DNA of 64,000 bases, taken from positions 16,371,206 to 16,435,205 of the forward strand of contig JARFYF010000059.1 in the NCBI GenBank assembly GCA_030265395.1, in the 5' to 3' direction. The DNA comes from Rhina ancylostomus (Eukaryota). Below the pieces are notes generated by a model that had not been told where the DNA came from, did no database searches, and saw only the letters and a program-made list of their open reading frames with translations. Below are positions 38,170 through 51,174 of the stretch, piece after piece; the stretch's first letter is position 1, and the number at the start of each line of letters is the position of its first letter. A program made the translations under genes and the position numbers.

Positions 38170-38720
38170 TTTAGAATCATGGAATCTTGCAGCACAGATG
38201 GGGACAATTCATTTTGTGTTATCTTTGTTGCCTCTTGAAAGAGTTACTTTGGTCATTTTTACCTGCTCTTTCCCCATAGTGCTGCAAATGTTTCCCTTCA
38301 TGCATTTATCCAACAGAATTTTGAAGATTTTTTTTCAATCTGCTTTCACTCCCCCTTTGGATAGTGTACTCCAGATTATTATGGTAACTGAATTTAAAAA
38401 AAATGTTTACTTACTTCTGATTAATTTGCCAATTGTCTTAAACCTGTGTGTTCTGTTTACTGGCTATTGTGCCACTGGAAATAATATCTTCTCATTTACT
38501 CTTTGTTCTTTGTCATTTTCAACACCTTTGTTAAATCTCTCATTAATCTCTTTCTGTTCTAAAAAGAACAATCCCAGTTTTTTAGTTTCCTGTATCCCTG
38601 GTACCATTTTGAATAAACCACCTTTGTATCTTTTTAAAGAGCTTAATATTCTTTTGTAATCTTCAGTGTCCAGAATTAACATAATTCTCCACTTTAACCG
38701 ACTGAACAAAAGGATGGTAT
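38170..38720 (-). mobile_element. Decayed CR1 fragment
   Basis: Minus strand KMVPGIQETKKLGLFFLEQK is a CR1 ORF2 motif; explains the 201-aa antisense ORF. Confidence 0.6.
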
Positions 38721-39466
38721 AATCTGAATTGGGAGTGAACAAAACTATCATTGTTTAGACACAAGAATTGTGACAGCACTGAATACTACAGCAGTAAAGC
38801 AAAATAGATTTGTACACTTCTTTCTAAATTGACAATGCTAAGGGCAGTTTGCAGAACAAGTGAATGCCCCACTCCCTAACTTCTCAGATATTTAAATTAC
38901 TTTTAAGATCATGAAGTTTAGAGTCAACTAGAATTACAGATTCTACATATTTTCTACATCATCATGTGAAACTTGGGTTGTGTTGTGTGTGGGCGAGAGG
39001 ACCACATCCTGATTATTGAATAAATGCAGTGGTCTTGCTGATGCTAATCAGTATTAATAGACTCAGCTGAGGAGGTGGTGAGGGAAGTAATGTTGGAATT
39101 CTTTGAAGTCTGCAAGTCTGACTATTGACTTTGTGCAATTACAGTACATTCAAAAATATATTGTGAGAGCAGTCACTTAAGTCTTTAATTTGAGAATACT
39201 CCGAAGATGACAAATCTAATTATTTCTATAAAGTACATGAATTTAACTATTGAACTAATTGTTCAACATAGAAATTTTTCACCTTTGGATGATGAAAATT
39301 TACACTAAAGGGAGTCAGAAGTGAACTGAAAGCCCATCTAACCTAATGTTACTGATAAAATAAACCTGCAATATGCATGCAAGTTTGTGATTCTGATGTA
39401 ACATGTATAAATGTGGTTTTGTCTTAGACTGTAGAACAGCTTGATTAGACTTCTTTTGTTTAACAG

Positions 39467-39522
39467 ATTACTGAACTTCGAGGATTTTCTTTGGATGATA
39501 GGACAAAGACACCAGTGGAAAG
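39467..39522 (+). CDS. C1orf167: C1orf167-like exon
   Basis: ITELRGFSLDDRTKTPVES; its phase (0 to 2) bridges the flanking exons. Confidence 0.65.
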
Positions 39523-39769
39523 GTACAGCATTGTGTAGGGAGTGGGTAAAAGATATTTAAAACTGTTTGATACATTTACAGATAGTTTCAGTCACCACCA
39601 GAATGGTTAAGACAAAATGGAGCTTGGTAAAAGAATTTCATTTGTACAGACAGACTAGAAATAATGCCTCAAAAGAACAGTTACGAAATTGAAAAAGCTG
39701 CACATTGATATAATATGGATTTCCTGAAGGCATTTGAAAAATTTCCATACAAGATACTGTTAGCTAAGC

Positions 39770-39990
39770 AACACATAAGATGCTAGAGGAGCTCAGTGGG
39801 TCAGGAGCAGCTATGGAGGGAAATGGACAATCAATGTTTCAGGTCAAGACCAGATGATTCCAGACGAATGCATTCGACCTGAAATGTTGACTGTCCATTT
39901 CTCTCCATAGATGCTGCCCGACCCACTGAGTTTCTCCAGCATCTTGTGTGGTGCTCCAAATTCCAGAATCTGCAAGTCTCTTGTGTCTCC
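39770..39990. mobile_element. Palindromic pLTR-derived element inserted in an old CR1 remnant
   Basis: About 75-bp inverted arms ACACATAAGATGCTAGAGGAGCTCAGTGGGTCAGG...TTTCAGGTC and GACCTGAAATGTTGACTG...CCCACTGAGTTTCTCCAGCATCTTGTGT. Confidence 0.75.
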
Positions 39991-40584
39991 AGTATACTGT
40001 TAGCTAAAGTTACACTTGGAAGTGAGAACAAATTATTGATCTCATTAGGTGATTGCTTTTGTTATCATTAATGGAATAGAGATATTGGGTATGTGGTCAT
40101 TATTGAAAAGAAGTCACTTGGAATGCCATGCAATGATGTGTGCTGGCCCCTCAACTAGTCACTAGTATTCATTAATTACTTGGATAACACAAAGAGACCT
40201 ACAGTATATTATTAAACCTGACAATATCACAAAGATTGTGGTACAGTAAATCATTTAGATTGGAAGATTAAATTATAACAAGATATTGCTACATTTAAGT
40301 GATTTTTGCCTTATTTACACCAAATGAGAATAGATATAAATATTATTAAAATGAAAAGCTGAAACATTGAAGATTGAAAGAAATTAAGTAAATCTTAATG
40401 TACACAGATCAATAAGTGTTGTAGAGAAGTTCAAAATAATATCAGAAGAGGTTAATGGGATGTTAGCCTTTCTAAATTAAAGGTAAGAATATAAGGAAGG
40501 AAGCTCTACTAAAGCTAAGCAAAACTCAGATTAGGCTAAGATATCTTTATGTAGTTTCCAGCACTGCACATTCGAAAGAATATA

Positions 40585-41385
40585 GTCATAAAATTATACA
40601 GCATGGAAAGGCCATTTGGCCCAATTTGTCCATGCCAACCAGCAGGCACCCTTCTGTATTACCACATCACCCAGCACTTGGTCCATAGCACTCAGTGCAT
40701 AAGCAATTCAGGTGTTCATCTTAACACTTCTTAAATATTGTTAGCAACACAACTTCAACCACTCTCTCAGGTGGTGCATACCAGGTTATTGCCACTCTCT
40801 GGGTGAAGAAAGTCCCCCTCATATCCCCTGTGAATCTCTTCCCCCTTAACCTATGTCCTCCAGTTTTATCTACCTCTGATAAGGAGAAGGATTTCCTGCA
40901 GTCTACCCTGTCTGTACCCTTAATGATTTTATATACCTTACTCATGTCCCCTGTTAACCACTTCCAGTGAGAAAAGACCTAGCTTCTCCCCACTAATGCT
41001 CTAACGCAGGTAGGCAATGTAGTTAAGAAGGCATTTGGGATGCTGACCTTTATTAATCGGGGCATTGAAAGAGGAGATTCTCAAGGTGAATCTCCTCTGC
41101 ACCCTCTCCAGCACTATCACATCCTTCCTGTACCTTGGTGACCAGAACTAAACACAGTGCTCCAGTGGAGGTCTGACCAAGGTTTTATAAAGTTGGAGCA
41201 TAACCTCCTACTTCTNNNNNNNNNNNNNNNNNNNNNNNNNNNNNNNNNNNNNNNNNNNNNNNNNNNNNNNNNNNNNNNNNNNNNNNNNNNNNNNNNNNNN
41301 NNNNNNNNNNNNNNNTGACGAATGAAGGCCAATATCCCATATGCCTTTCAAACTATGTTGTCTACCTGTATTGCCATGTTCGTAT
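40585..41385 (-). mobile_element. CR1 LINE 3' fragment
   Basis: KVYKIIKGTDRVD...GDMRGTFFTQRVAITW. Confidence 0.8.
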
Positions 41386-43109
41386 ACTGTCCTCTGATGG
41401 AATGCAATACAGAATCATTAGAGTGCCACCAGGGCTCAAAAAGTTAGATTTAGCGCAGAGATTATATAAATGTCTTGTATTCCATGGAATATAGAACTTC
41501 AAGGAATACTTTGAAAGGAACTGATATAGAAACTTCTTCTGCTTGTGGTGGAGTGTAAGATAATAGATATAACCTTAAAGGTAGAGTGTTGATTATTCAG
41601 CAGAGTAGTTAGGAAATTCTTCTTTGTACAAAAATTGTGCTAGTGTGGCACACACAATTAACAATTTTAAATCTGAAATCCACCAACTAATATCAGGAAA
41701 ACTCTTTGGAGAAACAAACCCTCAATTCTGTGCTTGGAGTCTTTTAGGAACACATTCAGCAATTGTTAAATTCTCTTCAATGTTTTAGGAAAAGTGGTAA
41801 AGGATCATTACAAATCAGTGAGTAGCTGAATTAACAACACCCAATTGTAATGACAAGAGCGCAGAAACTGTCTTTGTTAATGACTATATTTAAGTCAGGC
41901 TTAACCAATATTCTTGCACTGCTCCCTTCCCTCAAGGCCCATGCTACTGACTTGTCTGGAAATGTAATTATATAATAGTGTTTGTTTTTTTCACAATTAT
42001 GTAATTGATTTTATTTTATTTTGGTGTGAAGTATGATAAAGATAATTTTTAGGTCATTTAGAATCATTCCAGAAATTTGATCGGATACTTCTTAAGAGTG
42101 ACTTACCCAAGTGTTTCAATGTAATTTCTGTGCTGCAGTGCACAGATGATATCATTTCTCAAGCAGCATTCTTTTTACATTAACTTGGACCGCATTGAAC
42201 TATCTGGTCTTCCCAGTAGATTCTCCTGGAGATTCTATTAATTAACTTCCTGATGTACTTTGCATTCTTTGAGCCATTTCCCCTCCTTCTGAGCTTCTAA
42301 CTGCAACAAAATCTAACTGATCATGTAATTCCCACCCCCAGATCATCAATACATTAGGTTCTGATGTTTCCCATTCCCATTCTCCAACCACTGAACAAAG
42401 CACTCCATTGTTTCCTTACCCCTTGACTATTCTTCACAGGGCTTTAATTTTCCACTTCTCCAATCCATATATAACAGGGCTCTGATATTGCTCCCTACCA
42501 CTCCAACCGTCTGTGATCAGGCTCCAATGCCCCTTTCCTTTACCCAAATATCACAATTCTCTGATACCTCATTCTGGTTTCAGTAAGGAAAATGTGCAAT
42601 GGTGTTCAGTTGTTCCTGAGGCTTTGAACCTTAGATGTAACAAAAATTTGCAGCATTAGACAAATGATCATTGGTTCCCTGCTGCGATCCCAATCTAGCA
42701 CACTACATTTTCTAGGCCTAAATCTGTACTGATGTTAGTTCATTCCTCCCACACTCGATGCTTTTTTTAAGAAATCAACCTTTACCTTCTTTAATGAGAA
42801 TAGCCCAGATTTACCAGGGTCATTGATCCAAACATAATATGATGTCAAAATAAATAATTAGAATTTCTCTTCAATTATTATTTAAAGTGTTGGAACCTAT
42901 TTGTTTGATCTTGTTATTTATCATGATGTGTATTGATTTATTGTTGTATTTGTCTAGGCCTGACCCTGTGCAATAAATAATAGTGCTCAAATGTGGGGAA
43001 CTAATATGTACAATTTGATCTAGCGTTTATTTGGCAGATTACAAACTCAAGTAGGTTTACAATTCTGTTGTAAACAGTTGACATAATTTTACTGATTGCT
43101 TATTTATGA

Positions 43110-43430
43110 TGGCACAAAAGAAGGCCATTCAGCCCATCATGGCTCCCATCAGTGCACTCTGATCAGTCTCATTCCCCTCTCCTTATTTCCTTGTACCCTA
43201 CATGTCCACCAATTCTCTTATAGTTCTTTTGCCACTAAATTACACTAAGGACTAATTTGCAGCAACAAAATAACTTACTAGCATGTCTTTAGAATGTTGG
43301 GGGAAACTGGAGCTCCCAGAAAAAGCCACACAGTTACAGGGAGAAGCTACACAAGTAGCACCCAAGGTCAGGATCAAATCTGGATCCCTGGAGGTGTGAG
43401 GCAGCAGCACTAACTGATCTGCCACTTTGC
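43110..43430 (-). mobile_element. tRNA-headed V-SINE (HE1-like)
   Basis: Minus strand GTGGCAGATCAGTTAGTGCTGCTGCCTCACA..GGATCCAGATTTGATCCTG (tRNA-like head), then GCTCCAGTTTCCCCCAACATTCTAAAGACATGC (V domain). Confidence 0.65.
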
Positions 43431-43789
43431 CATTCTTTGTGATATTGTTAGATTTAATTTTATGCTGTCAAAACTGAGATTGCAAAGACCTAATTAATGT
43501 AAGTTTGAATTGCTACACTTATGAATTTCAGGATGAGTCACAGATGGCAAATTGGAGTTTATGCTTTAAAGATAATGGCCACTTTTTTTTGTTTAATTGT
43601 CATGTCTTAATTTCAAGCAATACACAAGGGATTGGAATAGTACTAATGTGGCGATATGATTTTATAATTATATTCAGCATTTGCTCCTATTAAGTAGTTA
43701 CAAGGGTGTAATGTAACACAGTTTTCTTTCAGACCCAATTTGTTTCACTTATTATCTACCAGTGCTCTTACTATACTGAACTATTATGA

Positions 43790-44250
43790 AACACTTGTTA
43801 GGCCCCAGCTGGAATGTTTTGTTAAATTCTGAGTACCACACATTAGAATGAGTACCAGGGCCTCAAGGAGGGTGCAGATAAGATTTGTAAGAATGATACT
43901 AGGGATTTCAATTATTTTCTCTTGAAAACTTAGGAATAGAAATAATGTAAGTGATCAAACTCATGAAAGATTTTGATAAACTGTTTCCATTAGTAAAAGG
44001 GTGGACAACCACAGACGAAACACAATTGGCAAAAGATCCAGAGATGACAAGAAAAGAAAATGATCTCAAATAATAAAACTGCCTGAAAGAATGGTGGAAG
44101 CAGATTCAATAATAATTTCAGATTGGAATTGGATAAGTAATCAAAGTGGAAAAAATTGCAGGAGTTTGGAGAAAGTTCAGAGGATTGAGGCTAATTGGTT
44201 AGATTTCTGTAAATGCTGATCGAAGAATGATGGATCAAATGGTCTTCCTT
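43790..44250 (+). mobile_element. Decayed CR1 3' fragment
   Basis: LVRPQLE.....W.PH-like motif and CTGCCTGAAAGAATGGTGGAAGCAGATTCAAT. Confidence 0.6.
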
Positions 44251-44294
44251 TAGGACTGCTTTCCTTGATTCTTAGAGCATAACAGGTTAGAAGT

Positions 44295-44765
44295 AAAACA
44301 AAACAGAAAATACTCAGCAGGCCAGGCAGCATCTGTAGAGAGAAAGTCATAGCCTTGAAACAACACTTTTGTTTCCCCCTTCAACCTACAGGTCAGGCTG
44401 GGCATGTCCTCCACTTCCTGAGAGAAAAGAGAACAAGGGGGGAGAAAACAAGTTGAACCAATATCACAGGTGGACAACTGATACAGACAGAGAAATCAAG
44501 TTACCTAAATTTGTAGAATTCAGTATTGAGTTTAGAAGGCTGCAACGTGCTCAGATGGAAGAGGAAGTGCTCTTCTTCATACTTGTGTTGGACCTCAGTG
44601 CACCAGTACAGGAGGCCACAGACCAATAGTTTAGACTGGGAGTGGGATGGAGTATTAAAGTGGTAGGCAATAGGAAGCCTAGACTGAATGCAGGTGTTCC
44701 GCAAAGCGATCGCCCAACCTATGTTTGGTTCCTCCAAAGTAGAGGAGACTGCATTGTGAACACTG
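44295..44765 (-). mobile_element. Penelope-like GIY-YIG 3' fragment plus pLTR
   Basis: PIAYHFNTPSHSQSKLLVCGLLYW..QHKYEEEHFLFHLSTLQPSKLNTEF*, followed by a GATGCTGCCTGGCCTGCTGAGT tail. Confidence 0.78.
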
Positions 44766-45844
44766 AGTTAGTGTCAGAGATGTGGTCATTAATTATGAGC
44801 AGTGCAAGTTAACAACTACTTGAAGATTGTATGCTCTTTGCTATTAGGAGGTAATAGGAATAGTAATTTTGCCTGATGCTTATAAAACTCTTTGTACGAA
44901 TTGAATTGGGAAAAAATTACTTTCAATTTACACAGAAGCACTTAAAATTTCAGTTGGCAAGTAACAGCCCTATATTACCAAACCAAAATCACACACAGCA
45001 AAATGCCCCTTTTGAGTTTATAGCTTTTGAGAGCAAATTGTAGACAAGTCATGGATATGAAGCATTTGGGTGAGCACCATTTGAAAGATGATTTAGTCAG
45101 CATCTCATTCCCATCTCAGTTGGAGTTGGTTAAGTGTTCCTGTTAAGTGAAGCATTTGCAGCAACTGCTGTTAGTCTGTGTCTGCTTCCTGCTGTAACAA
45201 CACAGGGTCAGTGGGATGTCTCTTGTACTTCTGCGTTTCTATGGAGATGAGTACAGATGGGGCTCAGCGGGTTAGGAGTAGCCTCGTAGAATAAATCTCT
45301 CTGATTGTGATAGATCTGCATGCTTAAGGAGAGTGTAATGGAAATAGCAGAAAATTTTGACTACAATTAAATCTTACAGTCTGCGCAGTCAGACTAGAAT
45401 TTGTTTGGGACTTAATTCACTTTATATTGGGGAGAAGATTTATGATCTATATTTTGAGAAATCATTTTAATCAATTTGAAAGAAGCAGATGTTTCAAATA
45501 AAAGTGGAAATCTTTTTTTCTGTGTTTTACCAACCAAACACTGGAACTGTTTAAACATTTGATGTTTGTAAAATCTTGAGGAATTTTAAGATGCAGCCAT
45601 ATGATTCTGACAAAATGTGCGTATAAATAAGCTGTGAATGTCAAGTGAAACACTTTCACTGGTAAATCTGAGCTGCATGCTGAATTGGATGCATTTTGGC
45701 TTGTATCTCCCAAGCATTTTTGTAGAGATAGAAAAGGGGGAGAAAACATTCATTATTAAGCACTTTCACAATAGGCACTGTTGCAATGAAACAAAGAAAT
45801 ATCTATTGTGCAGGACAAGGTCTTTGCAAAAGCAAATTACCAGG

Positions 45845-46037
45845 GATGCTGGAAACCCGTATGAAAACAAAAATGCTGGTGATACTGGGCAGGTCAGGCA
45901 GTTTCTGTGGCGAGAGGAACAGAATTAACAATTTAGTCGATGGCCTTTTCATCAGAACCAAGCTCTGAAGAGTGACCATAGATCTGAAAAGTTCAATCTA
46001 TTTCTGTCTTCACCAATGCTTTTTGACCTGCTGAGGT
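45845..46037. mobile_element. Old palindromic pLTR pair with back-to-back hammerhead cores
   Basis: TTCATCAG-aaccaagct-CTGAAGA at the centre; GCAGGTCA and TGACCTGC arms. Confidence 0.6.
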
Positions 46038-46377
46038 TTTATGTTGATTGGTTGTAAACCAGCTTGACAATGATCAAGCTTGTTGGATGTTTTGTCTTGT
46101 AAAAACCTGGCCTTTAGTGGTTCAGTCTGGCTCCCATGGTCCAGTTGAGTGGAAATGTCAGGGTCCCCAGAAAGTAGTGAGGCAAGAGACAATTTGAATC
46201 CCATGAAGAGTTAGCACCTTCGTCAAAGGAAGTGAGAAAATTGGGATCAGCAGGCAAGAAAAAGAGTTGTTTAATTTAAAAGTTTGATTGAAGATTTGTG
46301 GCAAAGCTGGGATACATAGTTCACCTTGGGCATGGAGTTATGTGTGTGGAGCTGACTTTCACATTTCTTTCCTTTAG

Positions 46378-46597
46378 CTACTTCAAACCATATCATAAAA
46401 GGCTCCTATCACACTGCCTCTATGCTTGGCACAACTCTACACAACAGCGCTATGCTTCAGCTATATTGTTGCAGAAACGCCAGCTGTTGAGGAAAGGGCT
46501 GCGTGCATTGCGTTGGGCTGTACAGTTCACCCAAATGCAGAAGGAATTTCTGGAGAGAAGGCAATACAGACGAGTCTTGGCTCATTGCTTTAACCAA
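46378..46597 (+). CDS. C1orf167: C1orf167-like exon
   Basis: YFKPYHKRLLSHCLYAWH...LLRKGLRALRWAV...VLAHCFNQ; GTGAGT donor; phase 2 to 0. Confidence 0.82.
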
Positions 46598-47863
46598 GTG
46601 AGTGTAGCAATCAATTGAATCATACAAAGTTAGTAGTAGGAATGTGGGCAGGCATTGTATGGTTAACTCTAAATTATTTAGTTTGCAGGTCATGCTGCTC
46701 CCATGGCCTCCCCCTTTCATAACGTCTCTAAGTTATGAGTGAGATGCTGGTTTTTGGATGGAGATTATGATTTCTGCTCCCACTTTGTCATTCCATGTAT
46801 AGATCATCCTCTCTGGCTTGTACACACTTGCTTCCAATAAAACTGCTGAAGTTCTGGGAAATGAATGGAGTTTGTAATACATTTGAGTGGTATAAATGTA
46901 TTCTGTAAAATCACATGAATTAGCTCCATTGTAATAAGATTCTTGTAACTCTCAGACCAGCAGGCAGACTCCCAAAACCTCTCAAACAATCTGCACCTCA
47001 GCTTTGCTAGTCGCATGTACAATTATGAAGGTTATGTGTAGGATTTTGAGATATCAATATACAGTCAAATAGGACCTTCATTTGTAGGTTGATGTGGGTT
47101 TGTGGGGCGGAGAGCTGGTTGGTCATGGAGGGAGCAGTGCAGTTTTGATGTAAGTACTTAAGTTTGATGGTGAGAAAAAGCGAAGAACAATCATCTACAA
47201 GCATGATATCAGATTTTATCTAAGCAGTTAGTAAAAATGTATTATTCCCTATACAAGGATTACATTACTTAAATACATACAGTATTACTGCCATTTGCTA
47301 GTTTACTTGTATTTATTTAATGTGTTTTGTAGTTAAAACCTTTGTGATTCTATTCTGCCAGACCTTTGAGGTAGGGATACTCATAAACAGGGAATAAAAC
47401 CTAAAGCAGAGATCATAGAGACATACAGTGGCTATCAAGTACCCACTTATACTAATCACATTTACTAGCAATGTAACCTTCTATGCCTTGGTGATTCACA
47501 TGTTCATCTAGATTAACTTGTTAAATCTTGTGGGAGTATCTGCCTCCATCACCCCTCAGTCATCTATGCAGTATTTTCTGACCATCCCTGTAGCAGCTGC
47601 ACATTTACCTGGAATTCTGAGAAAGTGAAAACAGTTTCTAGGATAGAGAATTAGTTNNNNNNNNNNNNNNNNNNNNAAGCACAAAAGCTTAAAAAAAATC
47701 TGAAACTAATAAAACAAAAAGGTAAAGAAACCAGAAAATGTTTTAAATGGAGATTTATTTTTCTTTGCTTTACTTCCCATGTGAAATAAAGTCTATAAGG
47801 TATATTCCTTCTTTCAGAACACTTTATTGTGATTTATCTTTTTATCCTCTCTCCCTTGCACAG

Positions 47864-48069
47864 TGGAGAGATGCAGCAAATGCTAGCCAATGCCACCTGA
47901 TGGCCACATCTTCTAATGCAGTCAGGAAATCCTGTTCTGTTCACCTGAGGACCTCGGCGACACTGCAGCAGCAACTTGGAACTAAAATTTACAGACTCTG
48001 GCGGAAACAACACAAGTATTTACGACATGAGGATGTACAGTGCCTCAGTCTGGCTAGTTTTCATGGCAA
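47864..48069 (+). CDS. C1orf167: C1orf167-like exon
   Basis: WRDAANASQ...KIYRLWRKQH...FHGK; GTAAGA donor; phase 0 to 2. Confidence 0.78.
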
Positions 48070-51000
48070 GTAAGAGTGAACATTGGTATCACAGCAGTTT
48101 AATAGTCAGTTTATTCTTAGAGCTGCTACAATGACCTTCTACTGCACCTGGTACCTTCTTGTCCGTGGAGCTCAGTACCACATCAGACAGAGCGTGCAAA
48201 CACACAGTGATTGTGGAATTCTCTTTTGTCACCTGAGATGTATTTTGCATTTGGGCCATTGCAGCTGGTGTGAAATCTTCTAACTGCAAGATTTTCCAGT
48301 TATAAACTTGGCTGAAATTTATATATATGGTGTAAAGAGATGATGCAGGTTTGAAGCTGAAGTGTGAGTGTAGCCAGAGGAAATGAATTACGTATATAGA
48401 ATAGAGTAGAGCCAGCTGGTGCTGCTTGATAGAAGATAGGCCTTCTCCCTCACAGGGTGTAGCTGTGGCAGTAATCAATTCTGAGTTGATGATAAACTGC
48501 TTTAAAGTGGGACCCCCGACAGGGATCTGAGTTCTTTGCCTGGAAATGCAATCACATTATGTATTTTTTTATTAGTGTTAAGCAACTAAATATCTTTATT
48601 CTGGGATGAAGTGCAATAACAGACACTTCCAGGATGTTTTGGGTTACTTTAAAATTTGCATCGCTTTAAAATTTCTGACAAGCCACCATTGTGCACTTGA
48701 TGCGATTTCTATATCAGTTTTGCAAGGGATAATGTTGTTCTCTGACTGCTTTTAGACCTTTGCAGATGAATTTGTCCAAAGACTGACCATCGTTACACAC
48801 TCTAGTGACAACGTGCTCTTCACACTGCAATGTTGGATTGGGATCACTGTATTTACCTTACTTACCTTTCAACCTTTACACCTGAGCCCCCATCTGCCAC
48901 CAGCCCACCATTTTCTGAGGTCAACCCTACTCCCTTGGGACAAAGGCCTTAATCTCTGCCTTGGGCCTGACTACCTGAGGCCCCTCTGATTCACCAAAAC
49001 CCAACCCCCACCCTTGAACCCCTCCCTCTCATCCATCTAATTGTCTAATTCCCTGAGGCTTCCAATGGAGATATCCAAAACTTTCCAGTATCTCCTCCTC
49101 CAACCACTGCATGGGTCTTGAATGGGCCGAAGGTACCTAGCTTTCCCTCCATCGTGACATCCTGAACCTGATGTCAATTCTGACTCCTGGGTGGCACATT
49201 ATCAAGAATGAAAAGGTTTTATGCCTCATGGTTATGCCCAAGACCTTTGGTTTGCTTAAAATTGCTCGCCTTGAATGTATGAGCTTGTGGACTAGATACA
49301 GGTCTGTTAAAGCCTTTGGACTGTGCTGTTCCACTCACCCAGTTTGTTCTTGAAAGTATTTAACGGTACTTGTGTAGGTTGTGGCATATTGTGTGACTGT
49401 ACATTTTAACAGTGAGTGCTGCGTGAATCTGACATTGAGGTCTTCAAAAGTGCAGAGAAAGGAGCTGCTTTGTAGGCAGGTGCAACAGTCATGAGCACAG
49501 GGAACAGAGTAGGAAGATTCTGTAGTGTAGACTGGGACAGGTTCTGATTCACTGAGAGAGCACAATAAATGCTTGGGATACTCCTTCATTTAAGTATGAC
49601 ATATATAATGAATGAAGAGCATCTCCCACCTTTTAAAACATGTCCCCCACACAAATTAGAATTGTATTCTGATGACTTTGATTCATTGTGAGAATATACC
49701 ATTCACAGCAGCTGTTGCTTTCTAATGAATAGTTATTTTCAGATGTCTGATGTTTTCTTGGTCTGACTGGTTGTTGTCCCGACTGAAGGGTCTTCTGAAT
49801 TTCTGCTATTCAGAAATGGGGGCAGAGAATAAAGGAAAAAGTAATAGAAAGAGAATTAATGTCACAGGAAAGTGTCAATTACCAATATCTCAACACTGGA
49901 ATTAGCGCACAAGACTATGTGATTATCAACTCTCACAAAATGTAATCTGGGTGACACTTGCGTAATCCCAATTCACCTGTGTACCACTTGCAATACTCCA
50001 GTTGATCTATATGGATCAAATCCTCAGCAGCTCAGGCAACGATGGGTGCAATTGACAGTGCTGTACTCATCACATTTACTACATTCAGTGATGCTGGTAT
50101 GTTGCTTGTGGTTGGCCAGAATGAACACCATTCAGACTTCCACACTCATCACCCCCACCTTCCAAGCAAATACTGAAAGGCATTAATTGTTGCCTGGATG
50201 TGTGACCAGATTTGATGAGTCACGTGGTGCTTCTGCACCTTTGAGACTCTGATTTCCAAAGACCTGGAATTACCATTTGACTAACCAAAGGACCTGGACT
50301 TTGGCCATGGAATGAAGACATACAATTAAGCAACACCCAACAGTTGTCTCCTATATTAAATGAACAAGTCTGCTGTACACCTCATTTCAACAGTCAGAAG
50401 GAAAAGCAGTGAATATTGCCCACTTGAGATAGAAGCTTAAGTTGCATGGCATTTCTGTTGGTATTTAAAACGCTTTGTATAAGCCTTTTACTGATAAGAT
50501 TTCAGGAAATGAATATCTTACTCTGAGTTTAAGGTAATTTTATTCTTCATTCCATGTTCATTCTGGTTTTCTGCCTCATTGATCCTATCCACCATCTATT
50601 TCAAAAAGCTNNNNNNNNNNNNNNNNNNNNNNNNNNNNTTTCATTAGTTACCCAAACTCTAGACATCCAAACCTCATTCTTTTCCCAATACAAACATTTG
50701 CAGCTGCATTTTAACAATTGTGCTGCAAAACCTAACCTTCCAGCAAACTTGTTATTACCAGAGGTGAAGTACAAGGAGAATAGGGAAAAAAATAATCAGA
50801 ATGTTTTTATTCCATTTATCAGCTGTGTTCAAATTTATTGGAGTGATTTTTGGCCTTTTCCAGAGGAAACCAGAGATAGCACCCATAAAGTACTTGTATG
50901 ACCCAGTAAAGCCATTGATTACCACAGACATGGTAGCTGCCACATGCTGTGATGTTAAGAGGTTGAATATTTGTCCCTTGGCCCAGGATCATTACTTGCT

Positions 51001-51078
51001 GGTTGTAAAGAGTGAGTGATTCCCGGGATGTCAGCTTGAAGTCATAATTTATCAGTATTCTCCTTCTCCCCTTTGCAG

Positions 51079-51174
51079 AAAGGCATCTATGTATTTGCTT
51101 CAGGCTGTACACATTGAGACTGAGAGAGCTCTCACTAAGTACAGATGGCAAGTAGGACAGGTGCACACTATCAG
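51079..51174 (+). CDS. C1orf167: C1orf167-like symmetric exon (96 nt)
   Basis: Strong ctcccctttgcag acceptor; KASMYLLQAVHIETERALTKYRWQVGQVHTIR; AG|GTGAGA donor; phase 2 to 2. Confidence 0.6.

Noticed and set aside
38054-38659. 201-aa + strand ORF
   Set aside because: It is the antisense of a decayed CR1 and its hydrophobicity comes from T-rich composition. It does not fit the gene's splice phases.
43330-43430. tRNA-like sequence
   Set aside because: It is the degenerate head of a V-SINE, not a tRNA gene.
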